From: Nemertoderma westbladi
Lineage: Eukaryota > Animalia > Xenacoelomorpha
Direction of reading: 5' to 3'
DNA length: 42,668 bases
Assembly: GCA_032718475.1 (NCBI GenBank)
Contig: JAUCBJ010003364.1
Coordinates: 1-42,668 of the forward strand
Shown here: positions 23,901 to 38,900 of the stretch, piece by piece
Numbering within the stretch: position 1 is the first letter of the stretch
How the letters are laid out: each line of letters starts with the position of its first letter
Translations under genes and position numbers: made by a program
Notes under the pieces: model-generated
What the model saw: only the letters and a program-made list of their open reading frames with translations
Database searches by the model: none
What the model was told of the DNA's origin: nothing

Positions 23901-26900
23901 TAATGGGAACCAACGTTAGGTGAGTAAATAAACAGATAATGGCCACCAACGTTAGGTGAGTAAATAAACAGATAATGGCCACCAACGTTAGATGAGTAAA
24001 TAAACAGATAATGGCAACCAACGTTAGGTGAGTAAATAAACAGATAATGGCAACCAACGTTAGGTGAGTAAATAAACAGATAATGGGAACCAACGTTAGG
24101 TGAGTAAATAAACAGATAATGGCCACCAACGTTAGGAGAGTAAATAAACAGATAATGGCAACCAACGTTAGGTGAGTAAATAAACAGATAATGGCAACCA
24201 ACGTTAGGTGAGTAAATAAACAGATAATGGGAACCAACGTTAGGTGAGTAAATAAACAGATAATGGCAACCAACGTTAGGTGAGTAAATAAACAGATAAT
24301 GGGAACCAACGTTAGGTGAGTAAATAAACAGATAATGGCCACCAACGTTAGGTGAGTAAATAAACAGATAATGGCAACCAACGTTAGGTGAGTAAATAAA
24401 CAGATAATGGCCACCAACGTTAGAAGAGTAAATAAACAGATAATGGCAACCAACGTTAGATGAGTAAATAAACAGATAATGGCCACCAACGTTAGATGAG
24501 TAAATAAACAGATAATGGCCACCAACGTTAGGTGAGTCAATAAACAGATAATGGCCACCAACGTTAGGAGAGTAAATAAACAGATAATGGCAACCAACGT
24601 TAGGTGAGTAAATAAACAGATAATGGCAACCAACGTTAGGTGAGTAAATAAACAGATAATGGCCACCAACGTTAGGAGAGTAAATAAACAGATAATGGCC
24701 ACCAACGTTAGGAGAGTAAATAAACAGATAATGGCCACCAACGTTAGGAGAGTAAATAAACAGATAATGGCCACCAACGTTAGATGAGTAAATAAACAGA
24801 TAATGGCAACCAACGTTAGGTGAGTAAATAAACAGATAATGGCCACCAACGTTAGGAGAGTAAATAAACAGATAATGGCAACCAACGTTAGGTGAGTAAA
24901 TAAACAGATAATGGAAACCAACGTTAGGAGAGTAAATAAACAGATAATGGCAACCAACGTTATGTGAGTAAATAAACAGATAATGGCAACCAACGTTAGA
25001 TGAGTAAATAAACAGATAATGGCCACCAACGTTAGATGAGTAAATAAACAGATAATGGCAACCAACGTTAGGTGAGTAAATAAACAGATAATGGCAACCA
25101 ACGTTAGGTGAGTAAATAAACAGATAATGGCCACCAACGTTAGGAGAGTAAATAAACAGATAATGGCCACCAACGTTAGGAGAGTAAATAAACAGATAAT
25201 GGCCACCAACGTTAGATGAGTAAATAAACAGATAATGGCAACCAACGTTAGATGAGTAAATAAACAGATAATGGCAACCAACGTTAGGTGAGTAAATAAA
25301 CAGATAATGGCCACCAACATTAGGTGAGTAAATAAACAGATAATGGCAACCAACGTTAGGTGAGTAAATAAACAGATAATGGCAACCAACGTTAGGTGAG
25401 TAAATAAACAGATAATGGCCACCAAAGTTAGATGAGTAAATAAACAGATAATGGCAACCAACGTTAGGTGAGTAAATAAACAGATAATGGCCACCAACGT
25501 TAGGTGAGTAAATAAACAGATAATGGCCACCAACGTTAGGTGAGTAAATAAACAGATAATGGCCACCAACGTTAGGTGAGTAAATAAACAGATAATGGCC
25601 GCCAACGTTAGGTGAGTAAATAAACAGATAATGGCCACCAACGTTAGGTGAGTAAATAAACAGATAATGGCCGCCAACGTTAGATGAGTAAAAAAACAGA
25701 TAATGGCAACCAACGTTAGATGAGTAAATAAACAGATAATGGCAACCAACGTTAGGTGAGTAAATAAACAGATAATGGCAACCAACGTTAGGTGAGTAAA
25801 TAAACAGATAATGGCCACCAACGTTAGATGAGTAAATAAACAGATAATGGCCACCAACGTTAGATGAGTAAATAAACAGATAATGGCAACCAACGTTAGG
25901 TGAGTAAATAAACAGATAATGGCAACCAACGTTAGATGAGTAAATAAACAGATAATGGCAACCAACGTTAGGTGAGTAAATAAACAGATAATGGCCACCA
26001 ACGTTAGATGAGTAAATAAACAGATAATGGCCACCAACGTTAGATGAGTAAATAAACAGATAATGGCAACCAACGTTAGGTGAGTAAATAAACAGATAAT
26101 GGCCACCAACGTTAGATGAGTAAATAAACAGATAATGGCCACCAACGTTAGATGAGTAAATAAACAGATAATGGCAACCAACGTTAGGTGAGTAAATAAA
26201 CAGATAATGGCCACCAACATTAGGTGAGTAAATAAACAGATAATGGCAACCAACGTTAGGTGAGTAAATAAACAGATAATGGCAACCAACGTTAGGTGAG
26301 TAAATAAACAGATAATGGCAACCAACGTTAGGTGAGTAAATAAACAGATAATGGCAACCAACGATAGGTGAGTAAATAAACAGATAATGGCCACCAACAT
26401 TAGGTGAGTAAATAAACAGATAATGGCAACCAACGTTAGGTGAGTAAATAAACAGATAATGGCAACCAACGTTAGGTGAGTAAATAAACAGATAATGGCA
26501 ACCAACGTTAGATGAGTAAATAAACAGATAATGGCCACCAACGTTAGATGAGTAAATAAACAGATAATGGCAACCAACGTTAGGTGAGTAAATAAACAGA
26601 TAATGGCCACCAACGTTAGGTGAGTAAATAAACAGATAATGGCAACCAACGTTAGGTGAGTAAATAAACAGATAATGGCAACCAACGTTAGGTGAGTAAA
26701 TAAACAGATAATGGCCACCAACGTTAGATGAGTAAATAAACAGATAATGGCAACCAACGTTAGATGAGTAAATAAACAGATAATGGCCACCAACGTTAGA
26801 TGAGTAAATAAACAGATAATGGCAACCAACGTTAGGTGAGTAAATAAACAGATAATGGCCACCAACGTTAGGTGAGTAAATAAACAGATAATGGCAACCA

Positions 26901-29900
26901 ACGTTAGGTGAGTAAATAAACAGATAATGGCAACCAACGTTAGGTGAGTAAATAAACAGATAATGGCAACCAACGTTAGGTGAGTAAATAAACAGATAAT
27001 GGCAACCAACGTTAGGTGAGTAAATAAACAGATAATGGCAACCAACGTTAGGTGAGTAAATAAACAGATAATGGCAACCAACGTTAGGTGAGTAAATAAA
27101 CAGATAATGGCAACCAACGTTAGGTGAGTAAATAAACAGATAATGGCAACCAACGTTAGGTGAGTAAATAAACAGATAATGGCAACCAACGTTAGGTGAG
27201 TAAATAAACAGATAATGGCAACCAACGTTAGGTGAGTAAATAAACAGATAATGGCAACCAACGTTAGGTGAGTAAATAAACAGATAATGGCAACCAACGT
27301 TAGGTGAGTAAATAAACAGATAATGGCAACCAACGTTAGGTGAGTAAATAAACAGATAATGGCAACCAACGTTAGGTGAGTAAATAAACAGATAATGGCA
27401 ACCAACGTTAGGTGAGTAAATAAACAGATAATGGCAACCAACGTTAGATGAGTAAATAAACAGATAATGGCAACCAACGTTAGATGAGTAAATAAACAGA
27501 TAATGGCAACCAACGTTAGGTGAGTAAATAAACAGATAATGGCAACCAACGTTAGGTGAGTAAATAAACAGATAATGGCAACCAACGTTAGGTGAGTAAA
27601 TAAACAGATAATGGCAACCAACGTTAGGTGAGTAAATAAACAGATAATGGCAACCAACGTTAGGTGAGTAAATAAACAGATAATGGCAACCAACGTTAGG
27701 TGAGTAAATAAACAGATAATGGCAACCAACGTTAGGTGAGTAAATAAACAGATAATGGCAACCAACGTTAGGTGAGTAAATAAACAGATAATGGCAACCA
27801 ACGTTAGGTGAGTAAATAAACAGATAATGGCAACCAACGTTAGATGAGTAAATAAACAGATAATGGCAACCAACGTTAGATGAGTAAATAAACAGATAAT
27901 GGCAACCAACGTTAGGTGAGTAAATAAACAGATAATGGCAACCAACGTTAGGTGAGTAAATAAACAGATAATGGCAACCAACGTTAGGTGAGTAAATAAA
28001 CAGATAATGGCAACCAACGTTAGGTGAGTAAATAAACAGATAATGGCAACCAACGTTAGGTGAGTAAATAAACAGATAATGGCAACCAACGTTAGGTGAG
28101 TAAATAAACAGATAATGGCAACCAACGTTAGATGAGTAAATAAACAGATAATGGCAACCAACGTTAGGTGAGTAAATAAACAGATAATGGCAACCAACGT
28201 TAGGTGAGTAAATAAACAGATAATGGCAACCAACGTTAGATGAGTAAATAAACAGATAATGGCAACCAACGTTAGGTGAGTAAATAAACAGATAATGGCA
28301 ACCAACGTTAGGTGAGTAAATAAACAGATAATGGCAACCAACGTTAGATGAGTAAATAAACAGATAATGGCAACCAACGTTAGGTGAGTAAATAAACAGA
28401 TAATGGCAACCAACGTTAGGTGAGTAAATAAACAGATAATGGCCACCAACGTTAGGTGAGTAAATAAACAGATAATGGCCACCAACGTTAGATGAGTAAA
28501 TAAACAGATAATGGCAACCAACGTTAGGTGAGTAAATAAACAGATAATGGCAACCAACGTTAGGTGAGTAAATAAACAGATAATGGCAACCAACGTTAGA
28601 TGAGTAAATAAACAGATAATGGCAACCAACGTTAGGTGAGTAAATAAACAGATAATGGCAACCAACGTTAGGTGAGTAAATAAACAGATAATGGCAACCA
28701 ACGTTAGGTGAGTAAATAAACAGATAATGGCAACCAACGTTAGATGAGTAAATAAACAGATAATGGCAACCAACGTTAGGTGAGTAAATAAACAGATAAT
28801 GGCAACCAACGTTAGATGAGTAAATAAACAGATAATGGCAACCAACGTTAGGTGAGTAAATAAACAGATAATGGCAACCAACGTTAGGTGAGTAAATAAA
28901 CAGATAATGGCCACCAACGTTAGATGAGTAAATAAACAGATAATGGCAACCAACGTTAGGTGAGTAAATAAACAGATAATGGCAACCAACGTTAGGTGAG
29001 TAAATAAACAGATAATGGCAACCAACGTTAGGTGAGTAAATAAACAGATAATGGCAACCAACGTTAGGTGAGTAAATAATCAGATAATGGAAACCAACGT
29101 TAGGTGAGTAAATAAACAGATAATGGCTGCCAACGTTAGAGGAGTAAATAAACAGATAATGGAAACCAACGTTAGGTGAGTAAATAAACAGATAATGGCC
29201 ACCAACGTTAGGTGAGTAAATAAACCGATAATGGCAACCAACGTTAGGTGAGTAAATAAACAGATAATGGCCACCAACGTTAGGTGAGTAAATAAACAGA
29301 TAATGGCAACCAACGTTAGGTGAGTAAATAAACAGATAATGGCAACCAATGCTAGGTGAGTAAATAAACAGATAATGGCAACCAACGTTAGGTGAGTAAA
29401 TAAACAGATAATGGCAACCAACACTAGGTGAGTAAATAAACAGATAATGGAAACCAACGATAGGTGAGTAAATAAACAGATAATGGCAACCAACATTAGG
29501 TGATTAAATAAACAGAAAATGGCAACCAACGCTAGGTGAGTAAATAAACAGATAATGGAAACCAACGTTAGGTGAGTAAATAAACAGATAATGGCAACCA
29601 ACGTTAGGTGAGTAAATAAACAGATAATGGCAACCAACGTTAGGTGAGTAAATAAACAGATAATGGCAACCAACGTTTGGTGAGTAAATAAACAGATAAT
29701 GGAAACCAACGTTAGGTGAGTAAATAAACAGATAATGGCCACCAACGTTAGGTGAGTAAATAAACAGATAATGGCAACCAACGCTAGGTGAGTAAATAAA
29801 CAGATAATGGAAACCAACGTTAGGTGAGTAAATAAACAGATAATGGCAACCAACGTTAGGTGAGTAAATAAACAGATAATGGCAACCAACGTTAGGTGAG

Positions 29901-32900
29901 TAAATAAACAGATAATGGCCACCAACGTTAGGTGAGTAAATAAACAGATAATGGCCACCAACGTTAGGTGAGTAAATAAACAGATAATGGAAACCAACGT
30001 TAGGTGAGTAAATAAACAGATAATGGCAACCAACGTTAGGTGAGTAAATAAACAGATAATGGCCACCAACGTTAGGTGAGTAAATAAACAGATAATGGCA
30101 ACCAACGTTAGGTGAGTAAATAAACAGATAATGGAAACCAACGTTAGGTGAGTAAATAAACAGATAATGGCCACCAACGTTAGGTGAGTAAATAAACAGA
30201 TAATGGCAACCAACGTTAGGTGAGTAAATAAACAGATAATGGCAACCAACGTTAGGTGAGTAAATAAACAGATAATGGCAACCAACGTTAGGTGAGTAAA
30301 TAAACAGATAATGGCAACCAACGTTTGGTGAGTAAATAAACAGATAATGGAAACCAACGTTAGGTGAGTAAATAAACAGATAATGGCCACCAACGTTAGG
30401 TGAGTAAATAAACAGATAATGGCAACCAACGCTAGGTGAGTAAATAAACAGATAATGGCAACCAACGTTAGGTGAGTAAATAAACAGATAATGGCTGCCA
30501 ACGTTAGAGGAGTAAATAAACAGATAATGGAAACCAACGTTAGGTGAGTAAATAAACAGATAATGGCAACCAACGTTAGGTGAGTAAATAAACAGATAAT
30601 GGCAACCAACGTTAGGTGAGTAAATAAACAGATAATGGCTGCCAACGTTAGAGGAGTAAATAAACAGATAATGGAAACCAACGTTAGGTGAGTAAATAAA
30701 CAGATAATGGCCACCAACGTTAGGTGAGTAAATAAACCGATAATGGCAACCAACGTTAGGTGAGTAAATAAACAGATAATGGCCACCAACGTTAGGTGAG
30801 TAAATAAACAGATAATGGCAACCAACGTTAGGTGAGTAAATAAACAGATAATGGCAACCAACGCTAGGTGAGTAAATAAACAGATAATGGAAACCAACGT
30901 TAGGTGAGTAAATAAACAGATAATGGCAACCAACGTTAGGTGAGTAAATAAACAGATAATGGCAACCAACGTTAGATGAGTAAATAGACAGATAATGGCA
31001 ACCAACGTTAGGTGAGTAAATAAACAGATAATGGCAACCAACGTTAGGAGAGTAAATAAACAGATAATGGCAACCAACGTTAGGTGAGTAAATAAACAGA
31101 TAATGGCAACCAACGTTAGGTGAGTAAATAAACAGATAATGGCAACCAACGTTAGGTGAGTAAATAAACAGATAATGGCCACCAACGTTAGGTGAGTAAA
31201 TAAACAGATAATGGCAACCAACGTTAGGTGAGTAAATAAACAGATAATGGCAACCAACGTTAGGTGAGTAAATAAACAGATAATGGCAACCAACGTTAGG
31301 TGAGTAAATAAACAGATAATGGCAACCAACGTTAGGTGAGTAAATAAACAGATAATGGCAACCAACGTTAGGTGAGTAAATAAACAGATAATGGCAACCA
31401 ACGTTAGGTGAGTAAATAAACAGATAATGGCAACCAACGTTAGGTGAGTAAATAAACAGATAATGGCAACCAACGTTAGGTGAGTAAATAAACAGATAAT
31501 GGCAACCAACGTTAGGTGAGTAAATAAACAGATAATGGCCACCAACGTTAGGTGAGTAAATAAACAGATAATGGCAACCAACGTTAGGTGAGTAAATAAA
31601 CAGATAATGGCAACCAACGTTAGATGAGTAAATAGACAGATAATGGCAACCAACCTTAGGTGAGTAAATAAACAGATAATGGCAACCAACGTTAGGTGAG
31701 TAAATAAACAGATAAATGGCAACCAACGTTAGGTGAGTAAATAAACAGATAATGGCAACCAACGTTAGGTGAGTAAATAAACAGATAATGGCAACCAACG
31801 TTAGGTGAGTAAATAAACAGATAATGGCAACCAAAGTTCGGTGAGTAAATAAACAGATAATGGCAACCAAAGTTCGGTGAGTAAATAAACAGATAAATGG
31901 CAACCAACGTTAGGTGAGTAAATAAACAGATAAATGGCAACCAACGTTAGGTGAGTAAATAAACAGATAATGGAAACCAACGTTAGGTGAGTAAATAAAC
32001 AGATAATGGCAACCAACGTTAGGTGAGTAAATAAACAGATAATGGCAACCAACGTTAGGTGAGTAAATAAACAGATAATGGCAACCAACGTTAGGTGAGT
32101 AAATAAACAGATAATGGCAACCAACGTTAGGTGAGTAAATAAACAGATAATGGCAACCAAAGTTCGGTGAGTAAATAAACAGATAATGGCAACCAAAGTT
32201 CGGTGAGTAAATAAACAGATAAATGGCAACCAACGTTAGGTGAGTAAATAAACAGATAAATGGCAACCAACGTTAGGTGAGTAAATAATCGGGAGAATAG
32301 CAACCAACGTTAGGTGAGTAAATAAACAGATAATGGAAACCAACGTTAGGTGAGTAAATAAACAGATAATGGCCACCAACGTTAGGTGAGTAAATAAACA
32401 GATAATGGCAACCAAAGTTAGGTGAGTAAATAAACAGATAATGGCAACCAACGTTAGGTGAGTAAATAAACAGATAAATGGCAACCAACGTTAGGTGAGT
32501 AAATAAACAGATAATGGCAACCAACGTTAGATGAGTAAATAGACAGATAATGGCAACCAACGTTAGGTGAGTAAATAAACAGATAATGGCAACCAACATT
32601 AGGTGAGTAAATAAACAGATAATGGCCACCAACGTTAGGTGAGTAAATAAACAGATAATGGAAACCAACATTAGGTGAGTAAATAAACAGATAATGGCAA
32701 CCAACGTTAGGTGAGTAAATAAACAGATAATGGCAACCAACGTTAGGTGAGTAAATAAACAGATAATGGCAACCAACGTTAGGTGAGTAAATAAACAGAT
32801 AATGGCCACCAACATTAGGTGAGTAAATAAACAGATAATGGCCACCAACGTTAGATGAGTAAATAAACAGATAATGGCAACCAACGTTAGGTGAGTAAAT

Positions 32901-35900
32901 AAACAGATAATGGCAACCAACGTTAGGTGAGTAAATAAACAGATAATGGCAACCAACGTTAGGTGAGTAAATAAACAGATAATGGCAACCAACGTTAGGT
33001 GAGTAAATAAACAGATAATGGCAACCAACGTTAGGTGAGTAAATAAACAGATAATGGCAACCAACGTTAGGTGAGTAAATAAACAGATAATGGCAACCAA
33101 CGTTAGGTGAGTAAATAAACAGATAATGGCCACCAACGTTAGATGAGTAAATAGACAGATAATGGCAACCAACCTTAGGTGAGTAAATAAACAGATAATG
33201 GCAACCAACGTTAGGTGAGTAAATAATCAGATAATGGCCACCAACGTTAGATGAGTAAATAGACAGATAATGGCAACCAACCTTAGGTGAGTAAATAAAC
33301 AGATAATGGCAACCAACGTTAGGTGAGTAAATAAACAGATAATGGCAACCAACGTTAGGTGAGTCAATAAACAGATAATGGCAACCAACGTTAGGTGAGT
33401 AAATAAATAGATAATGGCAACCAACGTTAGGTGAGTAAATAAACAGATAATGGCCACCAACGTTAGGTGAGTAAATAAACAGATAATGGCAACCAACGTT
33501 AGGTGAGTAAATAAATAGATAATGGCAACCAACGTTAGGTGAGTAAATAAACAGATAATGGCAACCAACGTTAGGTGAGTAAATAAACAGATAATGGCAA
33601 CCAACGTTAGGTGAGTAAATAAACAGATAATGGCCACCAACGTTAGGTGAGTAAATAAACAGATAATGGCCACCAACGTTAGGTGAGTAAATAAACAGAA
33701 AATGGCAACCAACGTTATGTGAGTAAATAAACAGATAATGGCAACCAACGTTAGGTGAGTAAATAAACAGATAATGGCAACCAACGTTAGGTGAGTAAAT
33801 AAACAGATAATGGCAACCAACGTTAGGTGAGTAAATAAACAGATAATGGAAACCAACGTTAGGTGAGTAAATAAACAGAAAATGGCAACCAACGTTAGGT
33901 GAGTAAATAAACAGATAATGGCAACCAACGTTAGGTGAGTAAATAAACAGATAATGGCCACCAACGTTAGGTGAGTAAATAAACAGATAATGGCCACCAA
34001 CGTTAGGTGAGTAAATAAACAGATAATGGCAACCAACGTTAGGTGAGTAAATAAACAGAAAATGGCAACCAACGTTAGGTGAGTAAATAATCGGGAGAAT
34101 AGCAACCAACGTTAGGTGAGTAAATAAACAGAAAATGGCCACCAACGTTAGGTGAGTAAATAAACAGATAATGGCAACCAACGTTAGGAGAGTAAATAAA
34201 CAGATAATGGCAACCAACGTTAGGTGAGTAAATAAACAGATAATGGCAACCAACGTTAGGAGAGTAAATAAACAGATAATGGCAACCAACGTTAGGTGAG
34301 TAAATAAACAGATAATGGCAACCAACGTTAGGTGAGTAAATAAACAGATAATGGCAACCAACGTTAGGTGAGTAAATAAACAGATAATGGCCGCCAACGT
34401 TAGGTGAGTCAATAAACAGATAATGGAAACCAACGTTAGGTGAGTAAATAAACAGATAATGGCAACCAACGTTAGGTGAGTAAATAAACAGATAATGGCA
34501 ACCAACGTTAGGTGAGTAAATAAACAGATAATGGCAACCAACGTTAGGTGAGTAAATAAACAGATAATGGCAACCAACGTTAGGTGAGTAAATAAACAGA
34601 TAATGGCAACCAACGTTATGTGAGTAAATAAACAGATAATGGCAACCAACGTTAGGAGAGTAAATAAACAGATAATGGCAACCAACGTTATGTGAGTAAA
34701 TAAACAGATAATGGCAACCAACGTTAGGTGAGTAAATAAACAGATAATGGCAACCAACGTTAGGAGAGTAAATAAACAGATAATGGCAACCAACGTTAGG
34801 TGAGTAAATAAACAGATAATGGCCGCCAACGTTAGGTGAGTCAATAAACAGATAATGGAAACCAACGTTAGGAGAGTAAATAAACAGATAATGGCAACCA
34901 ACGTTAGGTGAGTAAATAAACAGATAATGGCAACCAACGTTAGGTGAGTAAATAAACAGATAATGGCAACCAACGTTAGGTGAGTAAATAAACAGATAAT
35001 GGCAACCAACGTTAGGTGAGTAAATAAACAGATAATGGCCGCCAACGTTAGGTGAGTAAATAAACAGATAATGGCAACCAACGTTAGGTGAGTAAATAAA
35101 CAGATAATGGCCGCCAACGTTAGGTGAGTCAATAAACAGATAATGGAAACCAACGTTAGGAGAGTAAATAAACAGATAATGGCAACCAACGTTAGGTGAG
35201 TAAATAAACAGATAATGGCAACCAACGTTAGGTGAGTAAATAAACAGATAATGGCAACCAACGTTAGGTGAGTAAATAAACAGATAATGGCCGCCAACGT
35301 TAGGTGAGTCAATAAACAGATAATGGAAACCAACGTTAGGTGAGTAAATAAACAGATAATGGCAACCAACGTTAGGTGAGTAAATAAACAGATAATGGCA
35401 ACCAACGTTAGGTGAGTAAATAAACAGATAATGGCAACCAACGTTAGGTGAGTAAATAAACAGATAATGGCAACCAACGTTAGGTGAGTAAATAAACAGA
35501 TAATGGCAACCAACGTTATGTGAGTAAATAAACAGATAATGGCAACCAACGTTAGGAGAGTAAATAAACAGATAATGGCAACCAACGTTATGTGAGTAAA
35601 TAAACAGATAATGGCAACCAACGTTAGGTGAGTAAATAAACAGATAATGGCAACCAACGTTAGGAGAGTAAATAAACAGATAATGGCAACCAACGTTAGG
35701 TGAGTAAATAAACAGATAATGGCAACCAACGTTAGGTGAGTAAATAAACAGATAATGGCAACCAACGTTAGGTGAGTAAATAAACAGATAATGGCCGCCA
35801 ACGTTAGGTGAGTAAATAAACAGATAATGGCAACCAACGTTAGGTGAGTAAATAAACAGATAATGGCCGCCAACGTTAGGTGAGTCAATAAACAGATAAT

Positions 35901-38900
35901 GGAAACCAACGTTAGGAGAGTAAATAAACAGATAATGGCAACCAACGTTAGGTGAGTAAATAAACAGATAATGGCAACCAACGTTAGGTGAGTAAATAAA
36001 CAGATAATGGCAACCAACGTTAGGTGAGTAAATAAACAGATAATGGCCGCCAACGTTAGGTGAGTCAATAAACAGATAATGGAAACCAACGTTAGGTGAG
36101 TAAATAAACAGATAATGGCAACCAACGTTAGGTGAGTAAATAAACAGATAATGGCAACCAACGTTAGGTGAGTAAATAAACAGATAATGGCAACCAACGT
36201 TAGGTGAGTAAATAAACAGATAATGGCAACCAACGTTAGGTGAGTAAATAAACAGATAATGGCAACCAACGTTATGTGAGTAAATAAACAGATAATGGCA
36301 ACCAACGTTAGGAGAGTAAATAAACAGATAATGGCAACCAACGTTATGTGAGTAAATAAACAGATAATGGCAACCAACGTTAGGTGAGTAAATAAACAGA
36401 TAATGGCAACCAACGTTAGGAGAGTAAATAAACAGATAATGGCAACCAACGTTAGGTGAGTAAATAAACAGATAATGGCAACCAACGTTAGGTGAGTAAA
36501 TAAACAGATAATGGCAACCAACGTTAGGTGAGTAAATAAACAGATAATGGCCACCAACGTTAGGTGAGTAAATAAACAGATAATGGAAACCAACGTTAGG
36601 TGAGTAAATAAACAGATAATGGCCACCAACGTTAGGTGAGTAAATAAACAGATAATGGCAACCAACGTTAGGTGAGTAAATAAACAGATAATGGCAACCA
36701 ACGTTAGGTGAGTAAATAAACAGATAATGGCAACCAACGTTAGGTGAGTAAATAAACAGATAATGGCAACCAATGTTAGGAGAGTAAATAAACAGATAAT
36801 GGCAACCAACGTTAGGTGAGTAAATAAACAGATAATGGCAACCAACGTTAGGAGAGTAAATAAACAGATAATGGCAACCAACGTTAGGTGAGTAAATAAA
36901 CAGATAATGGCAACCAACGTTAGGTGAGTAAATAAACAGATAATGGAAACCAACGTTAGGTGAGTAAATAAACAGATAATGGCCGCCAACGTTAGGTGAG
37001 TAAATAAACAGATAATGGAAACCAACGTTAGGTGAGTAAATAAACAGATAATGGCAACCAACGTTAGGAGAGTAAATAAACAGATAATGGCAACCAAAGT
37101 TCGGTGAGTAAATAAACAGATAATGGCAACCAACGTTAGGTGAGTAAATAAACAGATAATGGAAACCAACGCTAGGTGAGTAAATAAACAGATAATGGCA
37201 ACCAACGTTAGGTGAGTAAATAAACAGATAATGGCAACCAACGTTAGGTGAGTAAATAAACAGATAATGGCAACCAACGTTAGGTGAGTAAATAAACAGA
37301 TAATGGCAACCAACGTTAGGTGAGTAAATAAACAGATAATGGCAACCAACGTTAGGTGAGTAAATAAACAGATAATGGCAACCAACGTTAGGTGAGTAAA
37401 TAAACAGATAATGGCAACCAACGTTAGGTGAGTAAATAAACAGATAATGGCAACCAACGTTAGGTGAGTAAATAAACAGATAATGGCAACCAACGTTAGG
37501 TGAGTAAATAAACAGATAATGGCAACCAACGTTAGGTGAGTAAATAAACAGATAATGGCAACCAACGTTAGGTGAGTAAATAAACAGATAATGGCAACCA
37601 ACGTTAGGTGAGTAAATAATCAGATAATGGCAACCAACGTTAGGTGAGTAAATAAACAGATAATGGCAACCAACGTTAGGTGAGTAAATAAACAGATAAT
37701 GGCAACCAACGTTAGGTGAGTAAATAAACAGATAATGGCAACCAACGTTAGGTGAGTAAATAAACAGATAATGGCAACCAACGTTAGGTGAGTAAATAAA
37801 CAGATAATGGCAACCAACGTTAGGTGAGTAAATAAACAGATAATGGCAACCAACGTTAGGTGAGTAAATAAACAGATAATAGCAACCAACGTTAGGTGAG
37901 TAAATAAACAGATAATGGCCGCCAACGTTAGGTGAGTAAATAAACAGATAATGGCAACCAACGTTAGGTGAGTAAATAAACAGATAATAGCAACCAACGT
38001 TAGGTGAGTAAATAAACAGATAATGGCAACCAAAGTTCGGTGAGTAAATAAACAGATAATGGCAACCAACGTTAGGTGAGTAAATAAACAGATAATGGCA
38101 ACCAAAGTTAGGTGAGTAAATAAACAGATAATGGCAACCAAAGTTGGGTGAGTAAATAAACAGATAATGGCAACCAACGTTAGGTGAGTAAATAAACAGA
38201 TAATGGCAACCAACGTTAGGTGAGTAAATAAACAGATAATGGCAACCAACGTTAGGTGAGTAAATAAACAGATAATGGCAACCAACGTTAGGTGAGTAAA
38301 TAAACAGATAATGGCAACCAAAGTTCGGTGAGTAAATAAACAGATAATGGCCACCAACGTTAGGTGAGTAAATAAACAGATAATGACAACCAACGTTAGG
38401 TGAGTAAATAAACAGATAATGGCAACCAACGTTAGGTGAGTAAATAAACAGATAATGACAACCAACGTTAGGTGAGTAAATAAACAGATAATGGCAACCA
38501 AAGTTCGGTGAGTAAATAAACAGATAATGGCCACCAACGTTAGGTGAGTAAATAAACAGATAATGGAAACCAACGTTAGGTGAGTAAATAAACAGATAAT
38601 GGCAACCAAAGTTAGGTGAGTAAATAAACAGATAATGGCAACCAAAGTTAGGTGAGTAAATAAACAGATAATGGCAACCAACGTTAGGTGAGTAAATAAA
38701 CAGATAATGGCCGCCAACGTTAGGTGAGTAAATAAACAGATAATGACAACCAACGTTAGGTGAGTAAATAAACAGATAATGGCAACCAAAGTTCGGTGAG
38801 TAAATAAACAGATAATGGCAACCAACGTTAGGTGAGTAAATAAACAGATAATGGCAACCAACGTTAGGTGAGTAAATAAACAGATAATGGAAACCAACGT

